64,000 nt of DNA, from positions 13,702,001-13,766,000 of the forward strand of contig CM060733.1 of the NCBI GenBank assembly GCA_030704615.1, given 5' to 3'. Origin of the DNA: Takakia lepidozioides. Lineage: Eukaryota > Plantae > Bryophyta. The position numbers were made by a program, and so were the translations under genes. The notes beneath the pieces were generated by a model. That model saw only the letters and a program-made list of their open reading frames with translations. It was not told the origin of the DNA and made no database searches. How positions within the stretch are numbered: the stretch's first letter is position 1; the number at the start of each line of letters is the position of its first letter. This document shows, in pieces, positions 38,180-50,623 of this stretch.

Positions 38180-39188
38180 TGCCCATTCCGGCTATGACAG
38201 TTAGAACACACTTGTATAGACGTGGCTTGCCACAAAATTTGCAATAAAATGTTGCATTTTAAGTCCACTGGTGCCACATTCCAACTTCACATGACCCTAT
38301 TTCCATGCCTCCTAACCCTATTTCCGTGGACTCACAATGGTCTGCTCATGCTTTTTTTTTTTCCGCTCATGCTCATGCCGCTCATGCTCATGCCGCTCAT
38401 GAAATAGCAGCCCCCAATCAGCTGTGGCCAACAACCAGATCAATACGAAAGTGACAAGTACACAGAGGGGAGGCCACACTCAAGGATTCTCCTCTCATGT
38501 CCCATGAAGAGACCAACTTATGAGTGCAATTTCAGGCTGGTTTTTTAACACTAATAGTGTAAGGACTTCTCAGTGGCCTGACAATTAATATGTCCAGTGC
38601 AATCAGTAACGTGACAAGTATGAAGTCACGAAATATAAGGCTAAAATCAAAGGTTATAGGTAGGATGTGATTTGGGAAAATGACAACGGCTGCATGTGTG
38701 AAACTTGATTTCCAATCACAGATGAGTTCTCTTCATCCAACTAATTTGTACACTTGAAGACGGCCACCCAATGCATCATCAAAAATCACACAAACAACTG
38801 GAACAGTCCTAAAAGGTTCCTGAGCAAGACTGTGATACACAATCCATTACATAAGCAATGTGGATGTGATCAAATGTTGCAGTATAGAAGGCTCAAAGTT
38901 CTTTCAAAGTTACGATGTAAAATCAATGACCATTTTCAGTGGCTTTCAGGGACCTATTTCAAGCGCTCAACAAGTGCTCAACAACCTTCACGATTTTCTC
39001 GCGAGTGCTCAACGCCTTGATGCCCTTGAAAACCTCTCTATCGTGTTTTTTATTCTCACCCCGCATGAAATTTGTCAACTTTCCATACATCATGTCGATG
39101 TCATTGGTTCCGAATGATTGTATTACTACACGCTCCATGTCTTTAAAAGACATCACATTCTCTTTATTCTCACTGCCAGGGAACACAG

Positions 39189-39359
39189 GCGCGTGCAAGC
39201 CTGGCAGCCTTGGAAAAAGGCAAAGAGGTGCATGGTTGCATCGACAAAGCTGGAATTGTACCAGATGTGATTATGAACAATGCCCTCGTGGACATGTATG
39301 CAAAATGTGGGAGCATTGAGGATGCAGAGGTAGTGTTCAACAATATGGCTGAAAAAAGA
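39189..39359 (+). pseudogene. PPR (PLS-class) fragment
   Basis: ASLAALEKGKEVHGCIDKAGIVPDVIMNNALVDMYAKCGSIEDAEVVFNNMAE. Confidence 0.85.
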
Positions 39360-39879
39360 TGCGACCACCCCTGCTGGTGGTCGCAGCTATGAATAGCGTG
39401 CGCAGTCATGATGACAGCGCGCGCCCCGAGTGTGGAGGGGGGGCTTATAAGGCCTTGGAGGCCATTCTCTTCCTCACTTTTCTCCACACCAGGACTTGGT
39501 GGGCGATGGGATGTTGCATTCCTTGTCATTGAGTCCAAGTGGAGAGGGGTGCTATTGGTTGGGTGGGGGGTATTCTGGGCCGTTGGATTCTACGAAATCG
39601 ATGCTGAGTACCTCCCGGGAAGCCCCCCTCTAGCACCCACGTTTTTTTCATTGCACATTGCGTCATATCACTTAGAACTGCTGCGGGAGTGACACGTGCC
39701 TTTAGTACTTGGGGAGGATTCATTAGGGAATAGGATTAGGTACGATTTAGGAGGGTTGGGAGAGCATTTTTCTTAGTAAACACCTGTCGAGTAGGGGTAA
39801 GCCAAAGCCATAAATAGCGGAGGAGGAAGACAGAGGAGGTCATCCCAGGGATGACGATAATGAACCTGGACCTCCCAAA

Positions 39880-42188
39880 AAAAAACCAAAAAGGGCCAGG
39901 CGCGAACTTCGTTGGGACATATACAATGACCCCAACATTCTTGCGGAACCAGGTTGGGAAGTTTGGAAGTTGGGGCAGCGGTGGTCGCTTGGTGACTGCA
40001 GGAAATTTGTGGACTGGTGTCACATAAATCGTTTGTGGCCCAGAGATAGGCATGATCCACAAACCAAACAAAATCAAGCTAGCTTGCATTCCTGCGCCAA
40101 CCTGCTTTTCCGCCACAGGGCAGAGAAGGTACATACAACATTGTGGGGTCAACCGCTCCTCAACAACAAGGTCCCGTATTTATTTGCGGCCATGTTGTAC
40201 ACAGAGTTGATTTTATTGCGACCAGTGGATTGGCAAACTGCCACTGCGAGACAGCGTACTAGACTATACATGTTCTCTGATATCCCAGACTTGTATATAC
40301 GTCAGGGGCAGGACATCATATGGTTCGATGGAAACGACGAGGTGGAAGAATGAGGAAATGCAGACCAACCTCCAGATTATACGCCGCAACAAGTCTCCGC
40401 AGCCGGGGCTTCAACGTCTGAGGTGGAGGGGGGCGAGGTACGCTCTCCGTTGGAAGAACAGTTGGCCGCACATGAACAGCACATCAAAGACCTGCAGGAT
40501 ATTGTTCATTTGCAACGGTGGCAACTAGCGAAGTTGCTGGAAAGAATGGGGTTGGACTCTCGACAGCGTACGCGGTGTGCTTTAGGACCCGAGGCCAATC
40601 ACCAACGAGCAAGACATATTGGCGCGTCTGAATATGCCACCAATGGACATTGACCGCGTTATCGACGGGGTTGACTCAATCGGGCATGGGAATGAAGTGC
40701 AAACGTCTGAACTGGACCCAGCGAGGGTTGAGGAAGAAAGACTTGCGGCGGAGAGGGCAAGAAAATGGAAGGACCCCATAGTGGAAACTGGGGAATGTTC
40801 AGCCGTGCAAATTACATTGGCCCAAGAACAAGAATTAGAGCAGTTTGTGGGGGAACGCGAGCAAGCTAGGGCTGTTGCATATCGGTACTCAAGTGCCATG
40901 CAAATCCGATCGTGGCCATGGTTGAAGGGGAATTGGCGGAATTGGGTGACATAGGCGGGCCATCTAGCATTGCGGGAAACACGGATAGAAGAAGCGTTGT
41001 CCTCCCTCCAACGTACAGCACGTTTGTCGAATCGAAGCGTAGATAGCATCTATGCTAATTTGCAAAAGCACGACACTGTGCGTGATGTATTCACGTCGAA
41101 GTACACTGGATTCACCACATGGGGTGATGTGCATGCCATGTTTGAGCACTGTGTGCATATAATTTCCGATACCAATAACAGCATAAACTGGGATTTGGAA
41201 GTAGAGGAGGAGTGGGACATCAGGCCGAGGATGTCATCCTTCATTAATGAGGATAAATGGACGTGGATACCACAGAGCAATCCAGCGTCATGGGTAACAG
41301 ATGGTACGGTGTGCACAATGTGCCTAAACCCTTATGGACCGGAGGGAGGCTATATGCTTGGTTCATGTGGCCATTTGTTCCATCCCACATATCTCATATT
41401 GACAGCCATGCGAGCCAGCCAATGCCCTGACTGCCGTGGACCAATCCATCGACGTTTCTACGAGTTGTTTGGGTTGCAAGACAATATGCCCACAGGATAC
41501 GAGTACAACCGGTACAACATGCATTGGATGTATCGCCTTACAATTTTTTAAATTGGCAGCACTGGGGGGAGACAATGACATGGGATACTCCAAGAGAGAT
41601 GCACGCCTTGGATGCGAAGACGTTAACTAGGGTTAAAGATCCGGTGACCTTTTGGGTGACATCCAACTGGGAAATAACCGTGCGTGCTAGAGGCATACGG
41701 GACCCAGTCCAAAGGGAGTTTTTTTGCCGGAACTTGGGAGGGTTGGAGCTGTACCAGACAAAGATTCTTCCGACTGCCTGAGGATTGGGAGAGATCTATT
41801 TCTGAGGGAGTTGGAGGCCGCTAGCATCCGTTGGGAGAATATGAATGAGACGTACTGGGTGCCTCGTCGAGATGATAGGCCATTTCTTCCAGAGTTGCGC
41901 AGAGACCCCCAGCAGGAGGAGGTGTTGGACAATTTCAAGGCTGTCATCACAAGTGTGGAAAAGTATTGGCAGAACACATGGTATGACCAAGTTGCCCCTA
42001 TTCCAGGGGTGTTCTTGCCACTTCCAAACATATCGGATTTAATTGAAAAATTGCATGCCGCTGTAGGAAGAGCGACACACCCGGCTGTGGCAAATGTGGA
42101 AGAGAGTCAACACTCGCCTAGAACGATACGCATGATGGCAAGGGTGGACCACACAACACTGGGTCCCTCTTTGACCACTCGAGCCCAG
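39880..42188 (+). pseudogene. Decayed, probably TE-associated long ORF with coiled-coil and RING finger
   Basis: A chain of same-strand ORF pieces broken by stops and frameshifts. It contains RING-like CTMC...SCGHLFH..Y...CPDC, with one Zn ligand apparently mutated. Confidence 0.55.
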
Positions 42189-42782
42189 TGTCGTGCACCT
42201 AAGCATCGTGCCACAACATACATCGCTATCCACCACACAATCTAAGCACACAATCCTAGAAAGCTATACCACAATGATAAGAGATAAGAAATGAGAGAAG
42301 TAGAAGACAATGAAAGCTCTCAAAGCATGAAGCAATCACATGAAGAACAAGCCCTAGTCCTTCCAAGTGAAATCCACTCTATCACATAAACTAAGTCAAG
42401 CCAAGGGCACCTTTGCTAAAGGAATCCACCTACAAAGCCCTCAACACACTCCCTCTCAATACCTAGAGCTATGGAGGTGAGAGAAGCTCATGGAGGCTCA
42501 ACTACAAGAAGATGAGCCTCCTCAACACTCACAAGGGGAAAACCTATCTCCATGTCTCAAGTGAGGCTCGACACCTCACTTGGCATGTGAGACCAAATGA
42601 AGTCCCAACACACAAAATATAAATATAAATATCTAAAATGTCCTAGTTAACTAGAAGTAGGTAATTCTAGATAACCATGACTAAAACCATGACAACTGTC
42701 GTGCACCTAAGCATCGTGCCACAACATACATCGTTGTCCACCACACCAATCTAAGCACACAATCCTAGAAAGCTATACCACA
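42189..42782 (-). mobile_element. 3' LTR of the Gypsy element (42275-42782) plus an adjacent partial second LTR copy (42189-42273)
   Basis: On the minus strand a purine tract (TAGGGGGGCGA) directly precedes TGTGGTATAGC..., and the unit ends ...TTATCA. About 85 bp are duplicated at 42189-42273 and ~42698-42782. Confidence 0.65.
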
Positions 42783-43037
42783 ATCGCCCCCCTAGCTGGT
42801 GGTTAGGTCCCTCTAACTTCAGATAGCTACAAGATGTAATAGCCACAGCCGTACTAAGTCCTCTATCACTGTCCTATTGTACTCAAACTCTATAGACCAA
42901 GAGGCGGGTACAAGAGCAACCCCATCGTTAGTTGCCGTCTTGCAATCTGTGAACTTGAGTCAGGATCTCGTGTGTTGGTCTCCTAGTAGCTTGGCCTTGC
43001 ATTTCTTGTTAGCCTTCCATGGTTGTATCCACTCCCA

Positions 43038-44116
43038 CTATCCAATGCAATGCGGACAGAACCAATCCCCATCAGGAACCATCTCAAGAGGTGGAGTCAA
43101 GCATCCCATATGCCAACCTCTAGAGCATTGATCATACACCAGCATGGTGGCTGCCCCTCTAGCAGACCCACACAACATGCACCTCAAACTTGCAGGTACC
43201 ACTGCCAGGTTTGGGTCAACCCTTCCATCAACATTTGGAAGGTGACATGGGCGCAATTACGCACATGGTCCTTCCAATCATGCCATCCCGACCTTCCAAG
43301 ATCAGGACTCCTGAGGGCAACACCTCTCGAACCCTCAAAATAGTACGTCATGCAGTCACATCCAAGGTCGTAGGAGCAGTCTGCTGCAGATAAACATAGT
43401 CACCAGGGTTGAATCTCCGAACCCAGGACGATAGCCCCACCACGTATGGTAGCATACCTCAAGTATCACGATGTTGTGCATGGCAAGGTTCTCGAAAGCC
43501 ATGGGCATGACTTTCTTGAACAATCTGCACGCTGCTCACATGCACATGCCACACGTCCGGATCGTCAAGGTTAAGAACTGTAGCAGCTTCTTTGCGAATG
43601 GATGTAGGCAAATCCGGCTCTCGGCCAAAGAGAAGAAAGTATGGTGAGAAGGAGGCAAGTGATGCTTGCTTGTTGAACCTGTAGCCCATGGCTAACCAGG
43701 GTAACTGAAGGTCCCAATCTCCTAGGTGTCCCTTCTGCAAGCCATACTTGCGCAAACCCCTCTTTACTGTATGAACAACTCTCTCTGCCAAGCCATCGGC
43801 CTCAGGATGATCCCGAGAAGTGGTGCGGTGGTCTATCAAGGCCTTGTCACACAAAGCCTGAAACTCCCCCAAGAACTCTCTCCCTTGGTCCGTGAGTACC
43901 TCAGCTGGAGCACCGAATCGGCTAAGCACACAATCCAAGAATGCATACGCAGCTCCCTCACTAGCCTTATCAGGCAAGGAACCAATTCAATCCACTTGGG
44001 AGGCGTGCTCCACCATCACCAACACGTACTTGTTGTGGCGCATGGTCAGTGGCAACGGCCCTGCAAAGTCAAGACTTCACCTGTAGCCCAATCCCATGAT
44101 CGGAAGAGGGTGCAAT
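43038..44116 (-). mobile_element. Ty3/Gypsy integrase with C-terminal PHD finger, degenerate
   Basis: LHPLPIMG...SLDFAGP, RFGAPAEVLTDQGREF, HPEADGLAERVV, SPYFLLFGR, FNPGDYVYL, then PHD CMLC...YDQCSRGWHMGCL.PPL..VPDGDWFCPHC. Confidence 0.88.
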
Positions 44117-44848
44117 TGTTAGAGGACTGTCTGGGACTTAGACACTTATACGGGATCTGTAGGGTACCCTTAATTTTTGCACAGACTGAGACCAACAGGA
44201 GCCTTACGGGTGACAGCAGCGAACTTTAGAAGGGGGTTACACAGCCCGTCACAGCTTCACACAGCCCGACACAGCCCATCACAGCCGACACAGCCCGTCA
44301 CAGCCGACACAGCCACACAGCCAGTAACAGCCCGACACAGCCAAACACAGTCGCACAGCCAGTCACAGCTTGACACAGCTGTCACGACCATAGGGAAAGA
44401 ATAGCAGGACAGGGAACGACTGTGGGGAACAACATCTGCGAAGGGAACATGTTAGTTCACGGACGACGGTTAGTGAGGGAAGCGGTTAAGAACAACGGGG
44501 AGGAAGATAAAAGGAGGAGCAGGCACTTCACGGGGGAGTTCTTGGTCATGCATGAGAGGGGATCGGGCGGAGAGCAAGAACGGAAGCAAAGATGGAGAGC
44601 AGGGTGAAGGAGGAGAGATGATTAGTAGATGCTTGTTATATGCAAAGCTGTAGTGATATTATAGAGCAGATAGAGATACAATGGCTTCGGCCTGATACCT
44701 GATAAATCATAATCTGATATTTATACGATACAATCACACCGTGTAGAGAGATCTGAGTGAAGCTGTGGAATGAATGGATGAGTTGATGGAATCCGATAGA
44801 TTGATGAAGCAAACTGATACTTAATTATCAATGGTAAGGTAGCTAACA
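44117..44848. mobile_element. LTR-like sequence truncating the Gypsy integrase
   Basis: Begins TGTTAG and ends CTAACA (perfect terminal inverted repeat). It has internal ACAGCC short repeats at 44240-44385. No clear TSD or PBS. Confidence 0.6.
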
Positions 44849-44888
44849 TGAATGCGAAAAGGGAAACAAATAGGAAACACCCCCATGA

Positions 44889-47800
44889 TACACTAGCTGT
44901 AGGTCATGACTGATTGTTCTGAGCGGGCTGAGTACTTAGAGATTTCCAACTCTTCTATCTTGGAGTTTCCGCCTCGGATAGCGAAGGGATGGGTGAGTAA
45001 AAGCCGCGCGACATTTGGCGACCATACTGGGGATCTGGATCTTGAACAACCAGATGTGACAGGCATCTGGTGGGATCATGGTGGATGGAGAATTAAAGAA
45101 TTTGATGTGAATCAAATTCCTTGTGAAACTGAGAAGGGAAGATGTCCAAACGATTCTTCCAGAGGTTTTTGGAATTGCCAGACGGTTGTAAAGAAAACAT
45201 TTCTAAGAGAGTGCATGATGCTGACCCAGAGTGGGGTCTGGAGAAAGGAGTGATAAAGATTTATCAGGTAGCCTGTAGAGGAAGAGCACGTTGGTTACCA
45301 ACGTTGGTTTATGTGATAGCATTGCTATCCATTAAGCGAGTAGAGTTTGAAGGCTGGGAAGACAGAAAGGTGAATGTTTATACTCATATGCATGAAGAGC
45401 TTGTACTAGGTAACGAATTGGATTCCAAAGGATATTTTGTGGATCAAACTCACACCAAGAACAGCTTTTCAGACTTGTTTGCCATATGGTTATATGGTAA
45501 CGGAGACTTCAAGTATAACCAAGGGTGCATTGAGCTTGAAAGAAACCCAGGCATATACGAGAGATATTACAGAAGAGAGTTTTGGTTATTGCCACATTAA
45601 AAGAAATGAAAGACATGGGACATTAGTGATGAAAGAGAAGCTAGACGCCAGAGATATTCAGCAAAAAGAGAAAGCTATCTGAAAGCTAATTATCCATATC
45701 TTTGGGAGAGAGGAATAGACATAGGGGAATCATCTGGACCTCTCACACCATTAAGATCAAAGAGTACATCACCCATACCGGAAGAACTAGAGTTGGATGC
45801 CACTCCTTCTGTTTCTTTGCAAGAAAGATTAAGGGAATTGGTACAGGGAAGAAGATCAATCACGAGGTGAAAGATCTGAGGTACATCCCTGGATAAAAGA
45901 TTTGACAGAAATCTTGATAAGAGTTGGCATGGAACACCAAAAGCAGGAACTCCAGTTTCTGAAGCGGAAGGTGAAGAAGGAGAAGAGGATGTGGCAGAGC
46001 CAACGGAGAGTTCAGACTCTCCAACACCATTACAGTTGAGTTACATGAGTGAAGAAGAAACCCAAGGGCAGAACTTGACAGAGAGAAGAAATTGGAAGAG
46101 GAAGAATATAAAGAAGTAGACCCAACAGCTGAGGTTGAGACTACAACCAGGACATCCAACCCGTTGGACCTGGATCAAGTGGAGCACTTGGATTACAGGC
46201 CAACGAAGGTGTCGGCTCAGGGGGATCAGGCGGGCGGCTTGGATCTGGCTCTGGGGGGACAGGGAGTGTGGGAAGTAGTGCAACTGAAGCTGGGAATACT
46301 GTGAATATCGTGGGGCCAGAAGCAAGGAGTGCTCAAGGGCCACCACTTGGTGGAAGGTCCACCACAAAAACACCAGGTCCAGAAGGACCAGCACCAGCAA
46401 GGGTGCCAGCACTTGTCAGTGGGCAGAAGGTAGGGCAGAGAGGTAGGGCCACAGATGGCGTTACAACCAACACGGCCCAAAAAACACCTTTTCAAATATA
46501 TTCAGGAAAAGGGGATCCCGATGTACACATCGCACCAATTTGAGCACATGTGTATAGTGAACAATGGAATGGCGATGATGCCAAGATGAGATTGTTTCCT
46601 TGTGTTCACTTATCAAGAAAGCAAGGGAAGGGTTGCAAGCTTCCCTGATAATCATTCCTAACCTGGAATGGCTTGAATACACATTTCGAAATAGGTTCAG
46701 GACAGTAAAACTGAGGATGAAGTGTATGGAAGTTTACAACAGTTCAAGCAAAAGAAGCATGAAACTGTTGAGGAGTATATGGAAAAGATGGAATTGATGA
46801 TGAAAAGCTGGCTGCAGTACCAGCACCCGGTTTACAGAAGACTTGGTTTGTGAGTGGATTAAGACCAGAGTTGCAAAAGAAAGTGGATATGTTACCCCAT
46901 AATACAGTGGAGGAGGCATTTGAAACTGCAAACAGAATTGAGCAATTGGGAATGCTCAGGAGAGAGAAAAGGATGATGAGGACTCTGAGGATGAGTCAGA
47001 TGAAGATGAAGAGCAAGAACTAAAAAGGAAGAGTAAGAGAAAGGAGAAGTTGAAGAGGGATAACTATGAAAAAAGATTGGAAGAAATCTTGAAGAAGTAT
47101 GCCACAGAGGCTGCAACACATTGGAGGAAGGGTGTGTATGGTGTGCGAAGTGCCAGAATGATGAAGGCATACCACCACAGAATGCCACATGAAGGAAAGA
47201 AACACTGTACTATCTGTAAAATGGATAATCATTCTACTGAGAATTGTTACTACAACAGAAGGACAGCTGCAAGAGAACCTAGGCAAGTAAGGGTGCATCA
47301 GGTGCAGCCCCAGCCAAGAAGAAACAATGATCAGGACCACTATGGTAGGTCTGGTGGTTATAACAATGGCATGGAAGGGAGAGGTAATTCAAGAGGAAAA
47401 TTACCAAGGAAATTCCAGAGGCAACTATCAGGGAACCCAAGGGGGAATTACCAGCCCGGGAATCAGGATTATAGAAATAATCCAAGAACAGACCAAGGGC
47501 GAGGACCCAATGGTGAAGAACTATGTTACTATTGTAATCAGTCAGGACACGCAGGGCAGCCTGTTCATTCTGGATAAGACACCAGAATGAGATGAGAGCT
47601 CCTATGAATGAGGGCCTAGTGGTGGCAGCTCACATGGTTAGGCCATGTGTTTGTATACCAGAAGTAAGTACAATGATAGTAACCAGAAGCAAAGCCAAAC
47701 TAATACCTCCAGAGCTAAGGAAGATGATGATAATGAAGATGGCAGTGATATGCCTGAAGATGAAGAGACTTGGAAAGATGAGAAGGAACTGCACAAGGAA

Positions 47801-48190
47801 GTGGCAGATACTATAAGGGAAATGCAAGAAGAGTACTGATATTCCTGTGGCAGATTCCTCTTATTCTGATGGAGAAGAAGAGAAGAAGAAGTGAGTGAGG
47901 GATGAAAGGAGAAGAAAGAACAAGAAAGAAGATGCAGGCATGCAAAGTAAATGAAGAGACTTTGGCTGAAGTAATATGCCAGACCAAGCAAAGCAGGATT
48001 ACCATTGGACAGCTATTAGCTGTGGCACCTTATTGTAGGCACAGGCTGTATCAAGCAATCAATCGAATTGCCCAGGAGACAGCAAACACAGACCTGAACA
48101 GCAAGGTGACCAGTTATAATATGAAGCCAAAAGGGCGAGAAACAGTCATGGACTTTGATGATTCTATGCCAGCTACACTAGCTGTAGGTC
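44889..48190 (+). mobile_element. Gypsy-like gag region, degenerate, with long N-terminal extension
   Basis: FQIYSGKGDPDVHIA..EHMC (gag), HCTICKMDNHSTENC, zinc knuckle CYYCNQSGH, and IVTRSK and ITIGQLLAVAPYCR preceding the protease position. Many frameshifts. Confidence 0.75.
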
Positions 48191-50123
48191 ATGACTGATT
48201 GTTCTGCGCGGGCTGAGTACTTAGAGATTTCCAACTCTTCAATCTTGGAGTTTCCGCCTCGAATAGCGAAGGGATGGGTGAGTAAAAGCCGCGGACATTT
48301 GGCGACCATACTGGGGGACCTGGGACATGAACAACCAGATGTGACAGGCATTCTGGTGGGATCATGGTGGTTGGACCATTAAAGAATTTGATGTGAATCA
48401 AATCCCTGTGGAACGAAGGAAGGAAAGATTGTCCAAACAATTCTTTCAAAGGTTCTTGGAATTGCCAGACGGTTGTAAAGAAAATATTCTTAAACGAGTG
48501 CATGATGCTGATCCAGAATGGGGTCTGGAGAAAGGAGTGATAAAGACTTATCAGGTAGCCTGTAGAGGAAGAGCACGTTGGTTACCAACATTGGTTTATG
48601 TGATAGCATGTGCTATCCATTAACGAGTAGAGTTTGAAGGCTGGGAAGAAAGAAAGGTGAATGTTTATACTCATATGCATGAAGAGCTTGTACTGATAAA
48701 GAATTGGATTCCAAAGGATATTTTGTGGATCAAACTCACACCAAGAACAGCTTTTCAGACTTGTTTGCCATATGGTTATATGGTAACGGAGACTTCAAGT
48801 ATAGCCCAGGGTGCATTGAAGCTTGAAAGAAACCCAGGCATATACGAGAGATTTACAGAAAAAGAGAGTTTTGGTTATTGCCACATTAAAAAATGAAAAA
48901 AAAGACATGGGACATGAGTGATGAAAGAGAAGCATAGACGACGAGATATTCAGCAAAAAGAGAAAGCTATCTGAAAGCTAATTATCTATATCTTTGGGAG
49001 AGAGGAAGACATAGGGGAATCATCTGGACCTCTCACACCATCAAGATCAAAGAGTGCATCACCTATACCGGAAAGAACTAGAGTTGGATGCCACTCCTTC
49101 TTTTCTTTGCAAGAAAGATTAAGGAATTGGTACAGGAAGAAGATCAATCACGAGGTGAAAGATCTGAGGTACATCCTTGGATAAAAGACTTGACAGAAAT
49201 CTTGATAAGAGTTGGCATGAACACCAAAAGCAGGAGGAACTCCAGTTTCTGAAGCAGAAGGTGATGAAGGAGAAGAGGATGTGCAGAGCCAACGGAGAGT
49301 TCAGACTCTCCAACACCATTACAGTTTGAGTTACATGAGTGAAGAAGAAACCCAAGGGGCAGAACTGTTGGAGGATGAAAACAGAGAGAAGAAAATTAGA
49401 AGAGGAAGAATATGAGAAGTAGACCCAACAGCTGAGGTTGAGACTACAACCAGGACATCCCAACCCTTTGGACCTGGATCAAGTGGAGCACTTGGATCAC
49501 AGGCCAACGAAGGTTGTGGCTCAGGGGGATCAGGCGGGCTGCCTGGATCTGGCTCTGGGGGGGACAGGGAGTGTGGGAGGAAGTAGTGCACAACTGAAGC
49601 TTGGAATACTGTGAATATCGTGGGGCCAGAGAGAGCAAGGAGTGCTCAAGGGCCACCACTTGGTGGAAGATCCACCACAAAAACACCAGGTCCAGAGGAC
49701 CAGCACCAGCAAGGGTGCCAGCACCTATCAGTGGGCAGAAGGTAGGGCCACAAGATGGCGTTACAACCAACACAAGCAAAACCACCCTTTCCATATTCAG
49801 GAAGGAAAAGGGGATCCGATGTACACATTAGCCCAATTTGAGCACATGTGTATAGTGAACAATGAGATGGCGATAATGCCAAGATGAGACTGTTCCTTGT
49901 TCACTTATCAAAGAAAGCAAGTGATGAATGGTATGCAAGATTCCCTGATATTCATTTCCTAACCTGGAATGGCTGAATACAGCATTTCGAAATAGGTTAA
50001 GGACAAGTAAAACTGTAGGATGAAGTGTATGGAACGTTTACAACAGTGAAGCATAGAAGCATGAAAAACTGTTGAGAGTTATGGAGGAAGATGGAATTTG
50101 ATGATGAAAAAGGGCTTGCAGAG
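48174..50123 (+). repeat. Indel-rich tandem second copy of 44889-~46815
   Basis: TACACTAGCTGTAGGTCATGACTGATTGTTC occurs at both 44889 and 48174. The copies are colinear thereafter up to the gap. Confidence 0.9.
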
Positions 50124-50623
50124 NNNNNNNNNNNNNNNNNNNNNNNNNNNNNNNNNNNNNNNNNNNNNNNNNNNNNNNNNNNNNNNNNNNNNNNNNNNNN
50201 NNNNNNNNNNNNNNNNNNNNNNNNNNNNNNNNNNNNNNNNNNNNNNNNNNNNNNNNNNNNNNNNNNNNNNNNNNNNNNNNNNNNNNNNNNNNNNNNNNNN
50301 NNNNNNNNNNNNNNNNNNNNNNNNNNNNNNNNNNNNNNNNNNNNNNNNNNNNNNNNNNNNNNNNNNNNNNNNNNNNNNNNNNNNNNNNNNNNNNNNNNNN
50401 NNNNNNNNNNNNNNNNNNNNNNNNNNNNNNNNNNNNNNNNNNNNNNNNNNNNNNNNNNNNNNNNNNNNNNNNNNNNNNNNNNNNNNNNNNNNNNNNNNNN
50501 NNNNNNNNNNNNNNNNNNNNNNNNNNNNNNNNNNNNNNNNNNNNNNNNNNNNNNNNNNNNNNNNNNNNNNNNNNNNNNNNNNNNNNNNNNNNNNNNNNNN
50601 NNNNNNNNNNNNNNNNNNNNNNN
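50124..50623. other. Assembly gap (500 N)
   Basis: Run of N. Confidence 0.99.

Larger units (their letters stand above)
23938..38415. mobile_element. Complete Mutator-like element (MULE), ~14.5 kb, with two divergent genes
   Basis: Perfect 9-bp TSD AATCAGCTG at 23929-23937 and 38416-38424. TIRs are GAGGTTTGCTATTTCATGAGC... and (reverse complement) GGGGGCTGCTATTTCATGAGC..., with CATGAGC(GG) repeats. An internal DDE-SWIM transposase is present. Confidence 0.92.

Noticed and set aside
38959-39198. 79-aa minus-strand ORF
   Set aside because: No recognisable motif, and it is flanked by stops.
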